Below, piece after piece: positions 23,401 to 36,885 of a DNA stretch of 64,000 bases (its first letter is position 1; every line of letters starts with the position of its first letter). This stretch comes from Macrostomum hystrix. Lineage: Eukaryota > Animalia > Platyhelminthes. The DNA lies in contig CATNEN010000011.1 of NCBI GenBank assembly GCA_950097015.1, positions 4,898,001 through 4,962,000 of the forward strand, written 5' to 3'. The notes beneath the pieces are model-generated. The model had not been told where the DNA came from. It was given only the letters and a program-made list of their open reading frames with translations, and did not search any database. The position numbers were made by a program, and so were the translations under genes.

Positions 23401-24910
23401 CTGCTAGCGGACATCACTCGAAGGATAGCTGGAAACCGTTGGTCGGGTTGCTCGCCTGCGGAACGGCAATTCAAAGCAATTCGACATGCGCTCACTCTAG
23501 ACGGCTCGGTGGTGTGCTACGGCGATCGCCCGGTCATTCCTGCTTCACTACGCAGTCGCGTCCTGGAATTGGTGCACAGCGGGGCGCATCCGGGCGCCAC
23601 GAGCACTCGAGCGCTGGTCCGCAACTCCGTCTGGTGGCCAGGCTACTGCGGTGACGTCGAAGGATTCGTCCGTGCCTGCCACACCTGCGCCAAGCAACGT
23701 CAAAGTAGTCACAGCAGTGTCCACCAATGGCCCGCCGAGTCTGAGCCTTGGGGGCGCGTGCACATGGACCACGCTCACGTTCCGAAGGTCGGGCTCCTGC
23801 TGATCCTGGTCGACGCCATGTCTGCCTGGCCGGAGGCTATCCGAGTGCCCGACAAGAGCGCCGCCACCGTCAGGCGGGTCCTCCAGGTGGTCTTCGCCCG
23901 CAACGGAGTGCCGAGAACCCTGGTGAGTGACAATATGCTGCAGAGTTCCATGATGAGGGGTTGGTGAGCTGGCTGCACAGAATCGGCTGCCGCGCTGTGA
24001 AAACCCCACCATATCATCCCCAGTCCAACGGCCTGGCCGAGCGAATGGTGCAGACAATCAAGGTGGCCTCGGCGGGCTGGGATCAGCAGGAGCCGTACGA
24101 CGCGTTCCTGGCACGGATCCTACTGAACTACCGATGTGTACCGCACGCCGGAAGGGAGTTCAGCCCGGCGCAACTAATGGGAAGGCAGCTGCGAAACCCC
24201 ATCACCATGAAGACAGCGATCCGCTCTGAGGTCTGGTACGCTCCAACGCCGAGTGCCACACCGGAGAAGGCGGAGTTCCTGGCGCAGAAAGGGTCCAACA
24301 CGGCGCTGATCATGCGACAGGGTGACCGGGTCACGCTCGCCCACCTAGACCAACTGCGTCGGCACGAAGCCGGCGGCAATGGAGACGTTACGACAGCCGC
24401 AGTCAGCCACGAAGTTGCTCCGAGACCCGCTGACTTGCCTGAAACGCGACATGAAAACATGCCTGCGTCCTTGACCCAGGCAAGCGCGCCGGGGGGAGAC
24501 CGCAGATCCGCCGCCAGCGGCCAGTGGCAGAGTGCCGTCACCGGCCGCGACTCCCCAGAGACCGAGCTACAACCTCCGTGCGAATCGGGGCGTGCCGCCC
24601 GAGCGGTTCGAAGGGGGGAGATGACGTGCCGGGGTTTGAGCCGTGAATGAACCGTGAACTGTGTTAAGCAAGTGAACTGTGGTAGATCTGCAGGCCTGCG
24701 CGCCAACCGCACTCTGACCCAATGTACGCAGCCTGAATATTGATTATTGATGTACTCAACACCTGTTGACTTTTAAGCCTTGTTGACTCGTCTACTTATA
24801 TATATATGCAAGTGTATCGTGAAACATCGTGACTAATAAACTAAATTCGCTACTAACCCAAACCAAGCCTACGGGCAGTCTTGCCTTATACTCCTGAGCA
24901 CGGCTTGACA
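20481..24910 (+). mobile_element. Full-length Ty3/Gypsy LTR retrotransposon (Mag-like), 4430 bp
   Basis: 289-bp TG...CA LTRs at 20481-20769 and 24622-24910, identical by eye. AATAA TSD at 20476-80 and 24911-15; PPT AAGGGGGGAGA at 24611-21; TATA-like run and AATAAA inside the LTR. Confidence 0.97.
20770..24650 (+). CDS. Gag-Pol polyprotein (capsid, two CCHC knuckles, protease, RT, RNase H, integrase), frameshifted by 2 extra nt at ~23935
   Basis: CQYCGGSH...C and CTTCNKKNH...C; VDTGA; YQDD; TTDAS; integrase H-H-C-C zinc domain, HMDH, LVSDN, then PYHPQSNGLAER in the next frame. Removing AT at 23935-6 gives SDNAAEFHDEGLVSWL. Confidence 0.92.
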
Positions 24911-25039
24911 AATAATTTTACGAATTGTGCATTTAAATAAGAAATAGTAAAGTATTATGTGATGAGATAGGAAGTCGATAAGGCGTTTATTATAACATGG
25001 AAGATAGGATTATTTGCCATGCAGCAAAATTAACAACCA

Positions 25040-25330
25040 CATGACTTAATCGGTATCAATTACTCTAATCTGCATCAATGACTCAAATCTGTATCTATGA
25101 CTTAATCTGTAATTTATGACTCAATCTGTATGAAATATTCAATCTGTATGACTCAATCTGTATGAATGACTCAATCATGCGTGTCTATGAAACAATATGT
25201 ATCAAAAATGACTCAAATCTGCATCAAAGACTTAATCTGTAATCTATGAGACTCAATCTGTATCAATGATCTTATCCTGTATCTATGACTCAAATATGCA
25301 TCAATGCCTCAATCATATCAATGACCGAAC
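25040..25330. repeat. Degenerate short tandem repeat (TGACTCAATCTGTAT core)
   Basis: Recurrent core with variable spacing. Confidence 0.7.
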
Positions 25331-25949
25331 CCAATAGTTTCTGTATAAATGACTCAAAACAATGTGTCTATAATTGACCGACTGATGAAGCAAATTTTAT
25401 CAGCGCAGACAGAAGTTGTAAAAAATGGTCTTTTAAAACCGCGCTGAAAATCGACAGCACTCAAAAGTACTCGTATTTTAAAAGACGATGCACTAAAACA
25501 AAAAACTTCAATAGGTTCAGAAAACACGATAAATCAATTTATACATACAACCTGCAATTCTGAGTGCAATCACCATGGCTCAGGATACAACTCACAAGGC
25601 TAGTGCATAAAATAAGCAAACTTTATTTTAGGTAAATATATGATATACGGAATTCGGACCGATAATTTGAGTATATAGCAAGTTGAAAGCAGTCTTATAC
25701 TTATACATGCTGATTAGAAGTTGCTTGCAGAGGAAAATTCGTGAATTGCTGATTATCTTTCCACGTTGGTATGCAAGAGGTAGAAATTCTATTTGAGTGA
25801 GGTTGCATGCACTGCATGCGCTAATTGTATTCACCGATGTGAATGTTTACTTCTAAGGCGTTGCCATGGAGACTGTTAATAAGACTGTCGAAAGAAACTG
25901 TTGCTTTGACTGCTGGGCAAATTGCAAATAACAACTGCATTATCTGCAT

Positions 25950-28900
25950 CCTCAGCCTCCACTGCATCCTCAGCCTCCACTACATCCTCAGCCTCCATTG
26001 CATCCTCAGTCTCCACTGCATCCTCAGCCTCCACTGCATCCTCAGCCTCCACTGCATCCTCAGCCTCAGCCTCCACTGCATCCTCAGCCTCAGCCTCCAC
26101 TGCATCCTCAGCCTCCACTGCATCCTCAGCACCACCGCATCCTCAGCACCACCGCATCCTCAGCCTCAGCCTCCACTGCATCCTCAGCCGCCACTGCATC
26201 CTCAGCACCACTGCATCCTCAGCCTCCACTGCATCCTCAGCACCACTGCATCCTCAGCACCACTGCATCCTCAGCCTCAGCCTCAGCCTTCACTGCATCC
26301 TCAGCCTCAGCCTCCACTGCATCCTCAGCCTCAGCCTCCACTGCATCCTCAGCCTCCACTGCAACCTCAGCCTCCACTGCATCCTCAGCACCACCGCATC
26401 CTCAGCACCACCGCATCCTCAGCCTCAGCCTCCACTGCATCCTCAGCCGCCACTGCACCCTCAGCACCACTGCATCCTCAGCCTCCACTGCATCCTCAGC
26501 ACCAACGCATCCTCAGCCTCCACTGCATCCTCAGCCTCCACTGCATCCTCAGCCTCCACTGCATCCTCAGCCTCCACTGCATCCTCAGCCTCCACTGCAT
26601 CCTCGGCCTCCACTGCATCCTCAGCCTCCACTGCATCCTCAGCACCACTGCATCCTCAGCACCACTGCATCCTCAGCCTCAGCCTCAGCCTTCACTGCAT
26701 CCTCAGCCTCAGCCTCCACTGCATCCTCAGCCTCAGCCTCCACTGCATCCTCAGCCTCCACTGCAACCTCAGCCTCCACTGCATCCTCAGCACCACCGCA
26801 TCCTCAGCACCACCGCATCCTCAGCCTCAGCCTCCACTGCATCCTCAGCCTCCACTGCATCCTCAGCCTCCACTGCATCCTCGGCCTCCACTGCATCCTC
26901 AGCCTCCACTGCATCCTCAGCCTCCACTGCATCCTCAGCACCACTGCATCCTCAGCACCACTGCATCCTCAGCCTCCACTGCATCCTCAGCCTCCACTGC
27001 ATCCTCAGCCTCCACTGCATCCTCAGCCTCCACTGCATCCTCAGCACGACTGCATCCTCAGCCTCCACTGCATCCTCAGCCTCCACTGCATCCTCAGCCT
27101 CCACTGCATCCTCAGCACCACTGCATCCTCAGCACCACTGCATCCTCAGCCTCCACTGCATCCTCAGCACCACTGCATCCTCAGCACCACTGCATCCTCA
27201 GCCTTCACTGCATCCTCAGCACCACTGCATCCTCAGCCTCCACTGCATCCTCAGCACCACTGCATCCTCAGCACCACTGCATCCTCAGCCTCCACTGCAT
27301 CCTCAGCACCACTGCATCCTCAGCCTCCACTGCATCCTCAGCCTCCATTGCATCCTCAGCACCACTGCATCCTCAGCCTCCACTGCATCCTCAGCACCAC
27401 TGCATCCTCAGCCTCCACTGCATCCTCAGCCTCCACTGCATCCTCAGCCTCCACTGCATCCTCAGCACCACTGCATCCTCAGCCTCCACTGCATCCTCAG
27501 CCTCCACTGCATCCTCAGCACCACTGCATCCTCAGCCTCCACTGCATCCTCAGCACCACTGCATCCTCAGCCTCCACTGCATCCTCAGCCTCCACTGCAT
27601 CCTCAGCACCACTGCATCCTCAGCACCACTGCATCCTCAGCCTCCACTGCATCCTCAGCCTCCATTGCATCCTCAGCCTCCACTGCATCCTCAGCCTCCA
27701 CTGCATCCTCAGCACCACTGCATCCTCAGCACCACTGCATCCTCAGCCTCCACTGCATCCTCAGCACCACTGCATCCTCAGCCTCCACTGCATCCTCAGC
27801 CTCCACTGCATCCTCAGCCTCCATTGCATCCTCAGCCTCCACTGCATCCTCAGCCTCCACTGCATCCTCAGCACCACTGCATCCTCAGCACCACTGCATC
27901 CTCAGCCTCCACTGCATCCTCAGCACCACTGCATCCTCAGCCTCCACTGCATCCTCAGCACCACTGCATCCTCAGCACCACTGCATCCTCAGCCTCCACT
28001 GCATCCTCAGCACCACTGCATCCTCAGCCTCCACTGCATCCTCAGCCTCCACTGCATCCTCAGCACCACTGCATCCTCAGCACCACTGCATCCTCAGCCT
28101 CCACTGCATCCTCAGCACCACTGCATCCTCAGCCTCCACTGCATCCTCAGCCTCCACTGCATCCTCAGCACCACTGCATCCTCAGCACCACTGCATCCTC
28201 AGCCTCCACTGCATCCTCAGCACCACTGCATCCTCAGCCTCCACTGCATCCTCAGCACCACTGCATCCTCAGCCTCAGCCTCCACTGCATCCTCAGCCTC
28301 CACTGCAACCTCAGCCTCCACTGCATCCTCAGCACCACCGCATCCTCAGCACCACCGCATCCTCAGCCTCAGCCTCCACTGCATCCTCAGCCGCCACTGC
28401 ACCCTCAGCACCACTGCATCCTCAGCCTCCACTGCATCCTCAGCACCACCGCATCCTCAGCCTCCACTGCATCCTCAGCCTCCACTGCATCCTCAGCCTC
28501 CACTGCATCCTCAGCCTCCACTGCATCCTCAGCCTCCACTGCATCCTCGGCCTCCACTGCATCCTCAGCCTCCACTGCATCCTCAGCACCACTGCATCCT
28601 CAGCACCACTGCATCCTCAGCCTCAGCCTCAGCCTTCACTGCATCCTCAGCCTCAGCCTCCACTGCATCCTCAGCCTCAGCCTCCACTGCATCCTCAGCC
28701 TCCACTGCAACCTCAGCCTCCACTGCATCCTCAGCACCACCGCATCCTCAGCACCACCGCATCCTCAGCCTCAGCCTCCACTGCATCCTCAGCCTCCACT
28801 GCATCCTCAGCCTCCACTGCATCCTCGGCCTCCACTGCATCCTCAGCCTCCACTGCATCCTCAGCCTCCACTGCATCCTCAGCCTCCACTGCATCCTCAG

Positions 28901-31900
28901 CCTCAGCCTCCACTGCATCCTCAGCCTCCACTGCAACCTCAGCCTCCACTGCATCCTCAGCACCACCGCATCCTCAGCCTCAGCCTCCACTGCATCCTCA
29001 GCCTCCACTGCATCCTCAGCACCACTGCATCCTCAGCACCACTGCATCCTCAGCCTCCACTGCATCCTCAGCCTCCACTGCATCCTCAGCACCACTGCAT
29101 CCTCAGCCTCCACTGCATCCTCAGCACCACTGCATCCTCAGCACCACTGCATCCTCAGCCTCCACTGCATCCTCAGCCTCCACTGCATCCTCAGCCTCCA
29201 CTGCATCCTCAGCCTCCACTGCATCCTCAGCACCACTGCATCCTCAGCACCACTGCATCCTCAGCCTCCACTGCATCCTCAGCACCACTGCATCCTCAGC
29301 CTCCACTGCATCCTCAGCCTCCACTGCATCCTCAGCCTCCATTGCATCCTCAGCCTCCACTGCATCCTCAGCCTCCACTGCATCCTCAGCCTCCACTGCA
29401 TCCTCAGCACCACTGCATCCTCAGCACCACTGCATCCTCAGCCTCCACTGCATCCTCAGCCTCCACTGCATCCTCAGCCTCCACTGCATCCTCAGCCTCC
29501 ACTGCATCCTCAGCACCACTGCATCCTCAGCCTCCACTGCATCCTCAGCCTCCACTGCATCCTCAGCCTCCACTGCATCCTCGGCCTCCACTGCATCCTC
29601 AGCCTCCACTGCATCCTCAGCACCACTGCATCCTCAGCACCACTGCATCCTCAGCCTCAGCCTCAGCCTTCACTGCATCCTCAGCCTCAGCCTCCACTGC
29701 ATCCTCAGCCTCAGCCTCCACTGCATCCTCAGCCTCCACTGCAACCTCAGCCTCCACTGCATCCTCAGCACCACCGCATCCTCAGCACCACCGCATCCTC
29801 AGCCTCAGCCTCCACTGCATCCTCAGCCTCCACTGCATCCTCAGCCTCCACTGCATCCTCGGCCTCCACTGCATCCTCAGCCTCCACTGCATCCTCAGCC
29901 TCCACTGCATCCTCAGCCTCCACTGCATCCTCAGCACCACTGCATCCTCAGCACCACTGCATCCTCAGCCTCCACTGCATCCTCAGCACCACTGCATCCT
30001 CAGCCTCCACTGCATCCTCAGCACCACTGCATCCTCAGCACCACTGCATCCTCAGCCTCCACTGCATCCTCAGCACCACTGCATCCTCAGCCTCCACTGC
30101 ATCCTCAGCCTCCATTGCATCCTCAGCACCACTGCATCCTCAGCCTCCACTGCATCCTCAGCACCACTGCATCCTCAGCCTCCACTGCATCCTCAGCCTC
30201 CACTGCATCCTCAGCCTCCACTGCATCCTCAGCACCACTGCATCCTCAGCACCACTGCATCCTCAGCCTCCACTGCATCCTCAGCCTCCACTGCATCCTC
30301 AGCCTCCACTGCATCCTCAGCACCACTGCATCCTCAGCCTCCACTGCATCCTCAGCACCACTGCATCCTCAGCCTCCACTGCATCCTCAGCCTCCACTGC
30401 ATCCTCAGCACCACTGCATCCTCAGCACCACTGCATCCTCAGCCTCCACTGCATCCTCAGCCTCCATTGCATCCTCAGCCTCCACTGCATCCTCAGCCTC
30501 CACTGCATCCTCAGCACCACTGCATCCTCAGCACCACTGCATCCTCAGCCTCCACTGCATCCTCAGCACCACTGCATCCTCAGCACCACTGCATCCTCAG
30601 CCTCCACTGCATCCTCAGCACCACTGCATCCTCAGCCTCCACTGCATCCTCAGCACCACTGCATCCTCAGCACCACTGCATCCTCAGCCTCCACTGCATC
30701 CTCAGCACCACTGCATCCTCAGCCTCCACTGCATCCTCAGCCTCCACTGCATCCTCAGCACCACTGCATCCTCAGCACCACTGCATCCTCAGCCTCCACT
30801 GCATCCTCAGCACCACTGCATCCTCAGCCTCCACTGCATCCTCAGCACCACTGCATCCTCAGCCTCAGCCTCCACTGCATCCTCAGCCTCCACTGCAACC
30901 TCAGCCTCCACTGCATCCTCAGCACCACCGCATCCTCAGCACCACCGCATCCTCAGCCTCAGCCTCCACTGCATCCTCAGCCGCCACTGCACCCTCAGCA
31001 CCACTGCATCCTCAGCCTCCACTGCATCCTCAGCACCACCGCATCCTCAGCCTCCACTGCATCCTCAGCCTCCACTGCATCCTCAGCCTCCACTGCATCC
31101 TCAGCCTCCACTGCATCCTCAGCCTCCACTGCATCCTCGGCCTCCACTGCATCCTCAGCCTCCACTGCATCCTCAGCACCACTGCATCCTCAGCACCACT
31201 GCATCCTCAGCCTCAGCCTCAGCCTTCACTGCATCCTCAGCCTCAGCCTCCACTGCATCCTCAGCCTCAGCCTCCACTGCATCCTCAGCCTCCACTGCAA
31301 CCTCAGCCTCCACTGCATCCTCAGCACCACCGCATCCTCAGCACCACCGCATCCTCAGCCTCAGCCTCCACTGCATCCTCAGCCTCCACTGCATCCTCAG
31401 CCTCCACTGCATCCTCGGCCTCCACTGCATCCTCAGCCTCCACTGCATCCTCAGCCTCCACTGCATCCTCAGCCTCCACTGCATCCTCAGCCTCAGCCTC
31501 CACTGCATCCTCAGCCTCCACTGCAACCTCAGCCTCCACTGCATCCTCAGCACCACCGCATCCTCAGCCTCAGCCTCCACTGCATCCTCAGCCTCCACTG
31601 CATCCTCAGCACCACTGCATCCTCAGCACCACTGCATCCTCAGCCTCCACTGCATCCTCAGCCTCCACTGCATCCTCAGCACCACTGCATCCTCAGCCTC
31701 CACTGCATCCTCAGCACCACTGCATCCTCAGCACCACTGCATCCTCAGCCTCCACTGCATCCTCAGCCTCCACTGCATCCTCAGCCTCCACTGCATCCTC
31801 AGCCTCCACTGCATCCTCAGCACCACTGCATCCTCAGCACCACTGCATCCTCAGCCTCCACTGCATCCTCAGCACCACTGCATCCTCAGCCTCCACTGCA

Positions 31901-34900
31901 TCCTCAGCCTCCACTGCATCCTCAGCCTCCATTGCATCCTCAGCCTCCACTGCATCCTCAGCCTCCACTGCATCCTCAGCCTCCACTGCATCCTCAGCAC
32001 CACTGCATCCTCAGCACCACTGCATCCTCAGCCTCCACTGCATCCTCAGCCTCCACTGCATCCTCAGCCTCCACTGCATCCTCAGCCTCCACTGCATCCT
32101 CAGCACCACTGCATCCTCAGCCTCAGCCTCCACTGCATCCTCAGCCTCCACTGCATCCTCAGCCTCCACTGCATCCTCAGCCTCCATTGCATCCTCAGCC
32201 TCCACTGCATCCTCAGCCTCCACTGCATCCTCAGCACCACTGCATCCTCAGCACCACTGCATCCTCAGCCTCCACTGCATCCTCAGCACCACTGCATCCT
32301 CAGCCTCCACTGCATCCTCAGCACCACTGCATCCTCAGCACCACTGCATCCTCAGCCTCCACTGCATCCTCAGCACCACTGCATCCTCAGCCTCCACTGC
32401 ATCCTCAGCCTCCACTGCATCCTCAGCACCACTGCATCCTCAGCACCACTGCATCCTCAGCCTCCACTGCATCCTCAGCACCACTGCATCCTCAGCACCA
32501 CTGCATCCTCAGCCTCCATTGCATCCTCAGCCTCCACTGCATCCTCAGCACCACTGCATCCTCAGCACCACTGCATCCTCAGCACCACTGCATCCTCAGC
32601 ACCACTGCATCCTCAGCACCACTGCATCCTCAGCACCACTGCATCCTCAGCACCACTGCATCCTCAGCCTCAGCCTCCACTGCATCCTCAGCCTCCACTG
32701 CAACCTCAGCCTCCACTGCATCCTCAGCACCACCGCATCCTCAGCACCACCGCATCCTCAGCCTCAGCCTCCACTGCATCCTCAGCCGCCACTGCACCCT
32801 CAGCACCACTGCATCCTCAGCCTCCACTGCATCCTCAGCACCACCGCATCCTCAGCCTCCACTGCATCCTCAGCCTCCACTGCATCCTCAGCCTCCACTG
32901 CATCCTCAGCCTCCACTGCATCCTCAGCCTCCACTGCATCCTCGGCCTCCACTGCATCCTCAGCCTCCACTGCATCCTCAGCACCACTGCATCCTCAGCA
33001 CCACTGCATCCTCAGCCTCAGCCTCAGCCTTCACTGCATCCTCAGCCTCAGCCTCCACTGCATCCTCAGCCTCAGCCTCCACTGCATCCTCAGCCTCCAA
33101 TGCAACCTCAGCCTCCACTGCATCCTCAGCACCACCGCATCCTCAGCACCACCGCATCCTCAGCCTCAGCCTCCACTGCATCCTCAGCCTCCACTGCATC
33201 CTCAGCCTCCACTGCATCCTCGGCCTCCACTGCATCCTCAGCCTCCACTGCATCCTCAGCCTCCACTGCATCCTCAGCCTCCACTGCATCCTCAGCCTCC
33301 ACTGCATCCTCAGCACCACTGCATCCTCAGCACCACTGCATCCTCAGCCTCAGCCTCAGCCTTCACTGCATCCTCAGCACCACTGCATCCTCAGCACCAC
33401 TGCATCCTCAGCCTCCACTGCATCCTCAGCCTCCATTGCATCCTCAGCCTCCACTGCATCCTCAGCCTCCACTGCATCCTCAGCACCACTGCATCCTCAG
33501 CACCACTGCATCCTCAGCCTCCACTGCATCCTCAGCACCACTGCATCCTCAGCACCACTGCATCCTCAGCACCACTGCATCCTCAGCACCACTGCATCCT
33601 CAGCACCACTGCATCCTCAGCACCACTGCATCCTCAGCACCACTGCATCCTCAGCCTCCACTGCATCCTCAGCACCACTGCATCCTCAGCACCACTGCAT
33701 CCTCAGCCTTCACTGCATCCTCAGCACCACTGCATCCTCAGCCTCCACTGCATCCTCAGCACCACTGCATCCTCAGCACCACTGCATCCTCAGCCTCCAC
33801 TGCATCCTCAGCACCACTGCATCCTCAGCCTCCACTGCATCCTCAGCCTCCACTGCATCCTCAGCACCACTGCATCCTCAGCACCACTGCATCCTCAGCC
33901 TCCACTGCATCCTCAGCACCACTGCATCCTCAGCCTCCACTGCATCCTCAGCACCACTGCATCCTCAGCACCACTGCATCCTCAGCCTCAGCCTCAGCCT
34001 TCACTGCATCCTCAGCCTCAGCCTCCACTGCATCCTCAGCACCACTGCATCCTCAGCACCACTGCATCCTCAGCACCACTGCATCCTCAGCACCACTGCA
34101 TCCTCAGCCTCCACTGCATCCTCAGCACCACTGCATCCTCAGCCTCCACTGCATCCTCAGCCTCCACTGCATCCTCAGCACCACTGCATCCTCAGCACCA
34201 CTGCATCCTCAGCCTCCACTGCATCCTCAGCACCACTGCATCCTCAGCACCACTGCATCCTCAGCCTCCACTGCATCCTCAGCACCACTGCATCCTCAGC
34301 CTCCACTGCATCCTCAGCACCACTGCATCCTCAGCCTCCACTGCATCCTCAGCACCACTGCATCCTCAGCACCACTGCATCCTCAGCACCACTGCATCCT
34401 CAGCCTCCACTGCATCCTCAGCCTCCACTGCATCCTCAGCCTCCACTGCATCCTCAGCACCACTGCATCCTCAGCCTCCACTGCATCCTCAGCCTCCACT
34501 GCATCCTCAGCACCACTGCATCCTCAGCACCACTGCATCCTCAGCCTCCACTGCATCCTCAGCCTCCATTGCATCCTCAGCCTCCACTGCATCCTCAGCC
34601 TCCACTGCATCCTCAGCACCACTGCATCCTCAGCACCACTGCATCCTCAGCCTCCACTGCATCCTCAGCACCACTGCATCCTCAGCACCACTGCATCCTC
34701 AGCCTTCACTGCATCCTCAGCACCACTGCATCCTCAGCCTCCACTGCATCCTCAGCACCACTGCATCCTCAGCACCACTGCATCCTCAGCCTCCACTGCA
34801 TCCTCAGCACCACTGCATCCTCAGCCTCCACTGCATCCTCAGCCTCCACTGCATCCTCAGCACCACTGCATCCTCAGCACCACTGCATCCTCAGCCTCCA

Positions 34901-35420
34901 CTGCATCCTCAGCACCACTGCATCCTCAGCACCACTGCATCCTCAGCCTCCACTGCATCCTCAGCACCACTGCATCCTCAGCCTCCACTGCATCCTCAGC
35001 ACCACTGCATCCTCAGCACCACTGCATCCTCAGCCTCCACTGCATCCTCAGCACCACTGCATCCTCAGCCTCCACTGCATCCTCAGCCTCCACTGCATCC
35101 TCAGCACCACTGCATCCTCAGCACCACTGCATCCTCAGCACCACTGCATCCTCAGCACCACTGCATCCTCAGCACCACTGCATCCTCAGCACCACTGCAT
35201 CCTCAGCACCACTGCATCCTCAGCACCACTGCATCCTCAGCACCACTGCATCCTCAGCCTCCACTGCATCCTCAGCACCACTGCATCCTCAGCCTCCACT
35301 GCATCCTCAGCCTCCACTGCATCCTCAGCCTCCATTGCATCCTCAGCACCACTGCATCCTTAGCCTCAGCCTCAGCCTCCACTGCATCCTCATCCGCAGC
35401 CTCCATTACATCCTCAGTTG
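25950..35420. repeat. ~9.5-kb satellite of interspersed 18-bp (CCTCCACTGCATCCTCAG) and 17-bp (CACCACTGCATCCTCAG) units with higher-order duplications
   Basis: Read directly. The three 3100-3200 aa plus-strand ORFs arise because the units contain no TAA/TAG/TGA on that strand. Confidence 0.97.
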
Positions 35421-36009
35421 GTACATTTATACTATACTGAAACAACGTTCAACATGCAATTCTTTTATCGACAGAAAGTTATTTCTTAAAAAAAATAAAG
35501 CTATTTGACTTCCTGTCTATCAATTGTAACTGTCAATCAGTTTGGCAAAAGAGAAATGTCTGTAGTAGCTACAGCTCTCCAAATCATAACTTTTGTTAGA
35601 GCTGCAATTTCCTACTGAGCTAAAATTGTTTCTTTTCCTGTCTCGCAAAAGACAAAATTTAATTTCCAGTTTCATGCAGTCCATAAGTAATGCGACTGCA
35701 AAATTTTGACTATAAGAAACTATAGGAGCTCGTACAAAAGAATTTTACATTAAATGGCGCATACCCACTTTACTGCAGTGGGGGTTGATGTTAAACCTTT
35801 TCAGCAGCATCCAGCAGCAGCAGCTAACCTATGTGCACCCAGTACACAGGGTGAACAGTACAGAAAATGCACTATTGATACTTCGAGGTTTATTGCCAGG
35901 TTTATTCTTCAAAGGTTACCTTAAAAAGGAATGAATGAAGCGAATTTCAGATGGATGTTACAAAATAAAATAGTCCATCATCAATCATCATTGAGGATTG
36001 TGATTAATC

Positions 36010-36885
36010 AGAATGAGAACTGAGATTGATGAGAATGAGGATTGAGATTGATGAGAATGAGGATTGAGATTGATGCGAATGAGGACTGAGATTGATGAGA
36101 ATGAGGACTGAGATTGATGAGAATGAGGATTGGGATAGATGAGAATGAGGATTGAGATAGATGAGAATGAGGACTGAGATTGATGAGAATGAGGATTGAG
36201 GTTGATGAGAATGAGGATTGAGATTGACGCGAATGAGGATTGAGATTGATGAGAATGACTATCGAGATTGATGAGCATGAGGACTGAGATCGATGAGAAT
36301 GAGGACTGAGATTGATGAGCATGAGGACTGAGATTGATGCAAATGAGGATTGAGATTGATGAGGATTGAGATTGATGAGAATGAGGATTGAGATTGATGC
36401 AAATGAGGGTTGAGATTGATGAGGATTGAGATTGATGAGAATGAGGATTGAGATTGATGCGAATGAGGATTGAGATTGATGAGAATGACTATCGAGATTG
36501 ATGAGCATGAGGACTGAGATCGATGAGAATGAGGACTGAGATTGATGAGCATGAGGACTGAGATTGATGCAAATGAGGATTGAGATTGATGAGGATTGAG
36601 ATTGATGAGAATGAGGATTGAGATTGATGCGAATGAGGATTGAGATTGATGAGAATGAGGACTCAGATTGATGAGAATGAGGACTCAGATTGATGAGAAT
36701 GAGGACTCAGATTGATGAGAATGAGAACTCAGATTGATGAGAATGAGGACTCAGATTGATGAGAATGAGAACTCAGATTGATGAGAATGAGAACTCAGAT
36801 TGATGAGAATGAGGACTCAGATTGATGAGAATGAGGATTGAGATTGATGAGAATGAGGATTGAGATTGATGAGAATGTAGACTAG
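36010..36885. repeat. 22-bp minisatellite (GAGAATGAGGATTGAGATTGAT)n
   Basis: About 40 tandem copies with variants. Confidence 0.95.

Noticed and set aside
20745-24712. Many antisense and alternative-frame ORFs over the Gypsy, LINE, Slo, Merlin and AlkB coding regions
   Set aside because: Shadow ORFs of GC-rich coding sequence with no recognisable motifs.
25843-35508. Three ~3200-aa ORFs as annotated proteins
   Set aside because: The stop-free state follows trivially from unit composition, and 17-bp units scramble the frame. Kept only as a hypothesis in findings.
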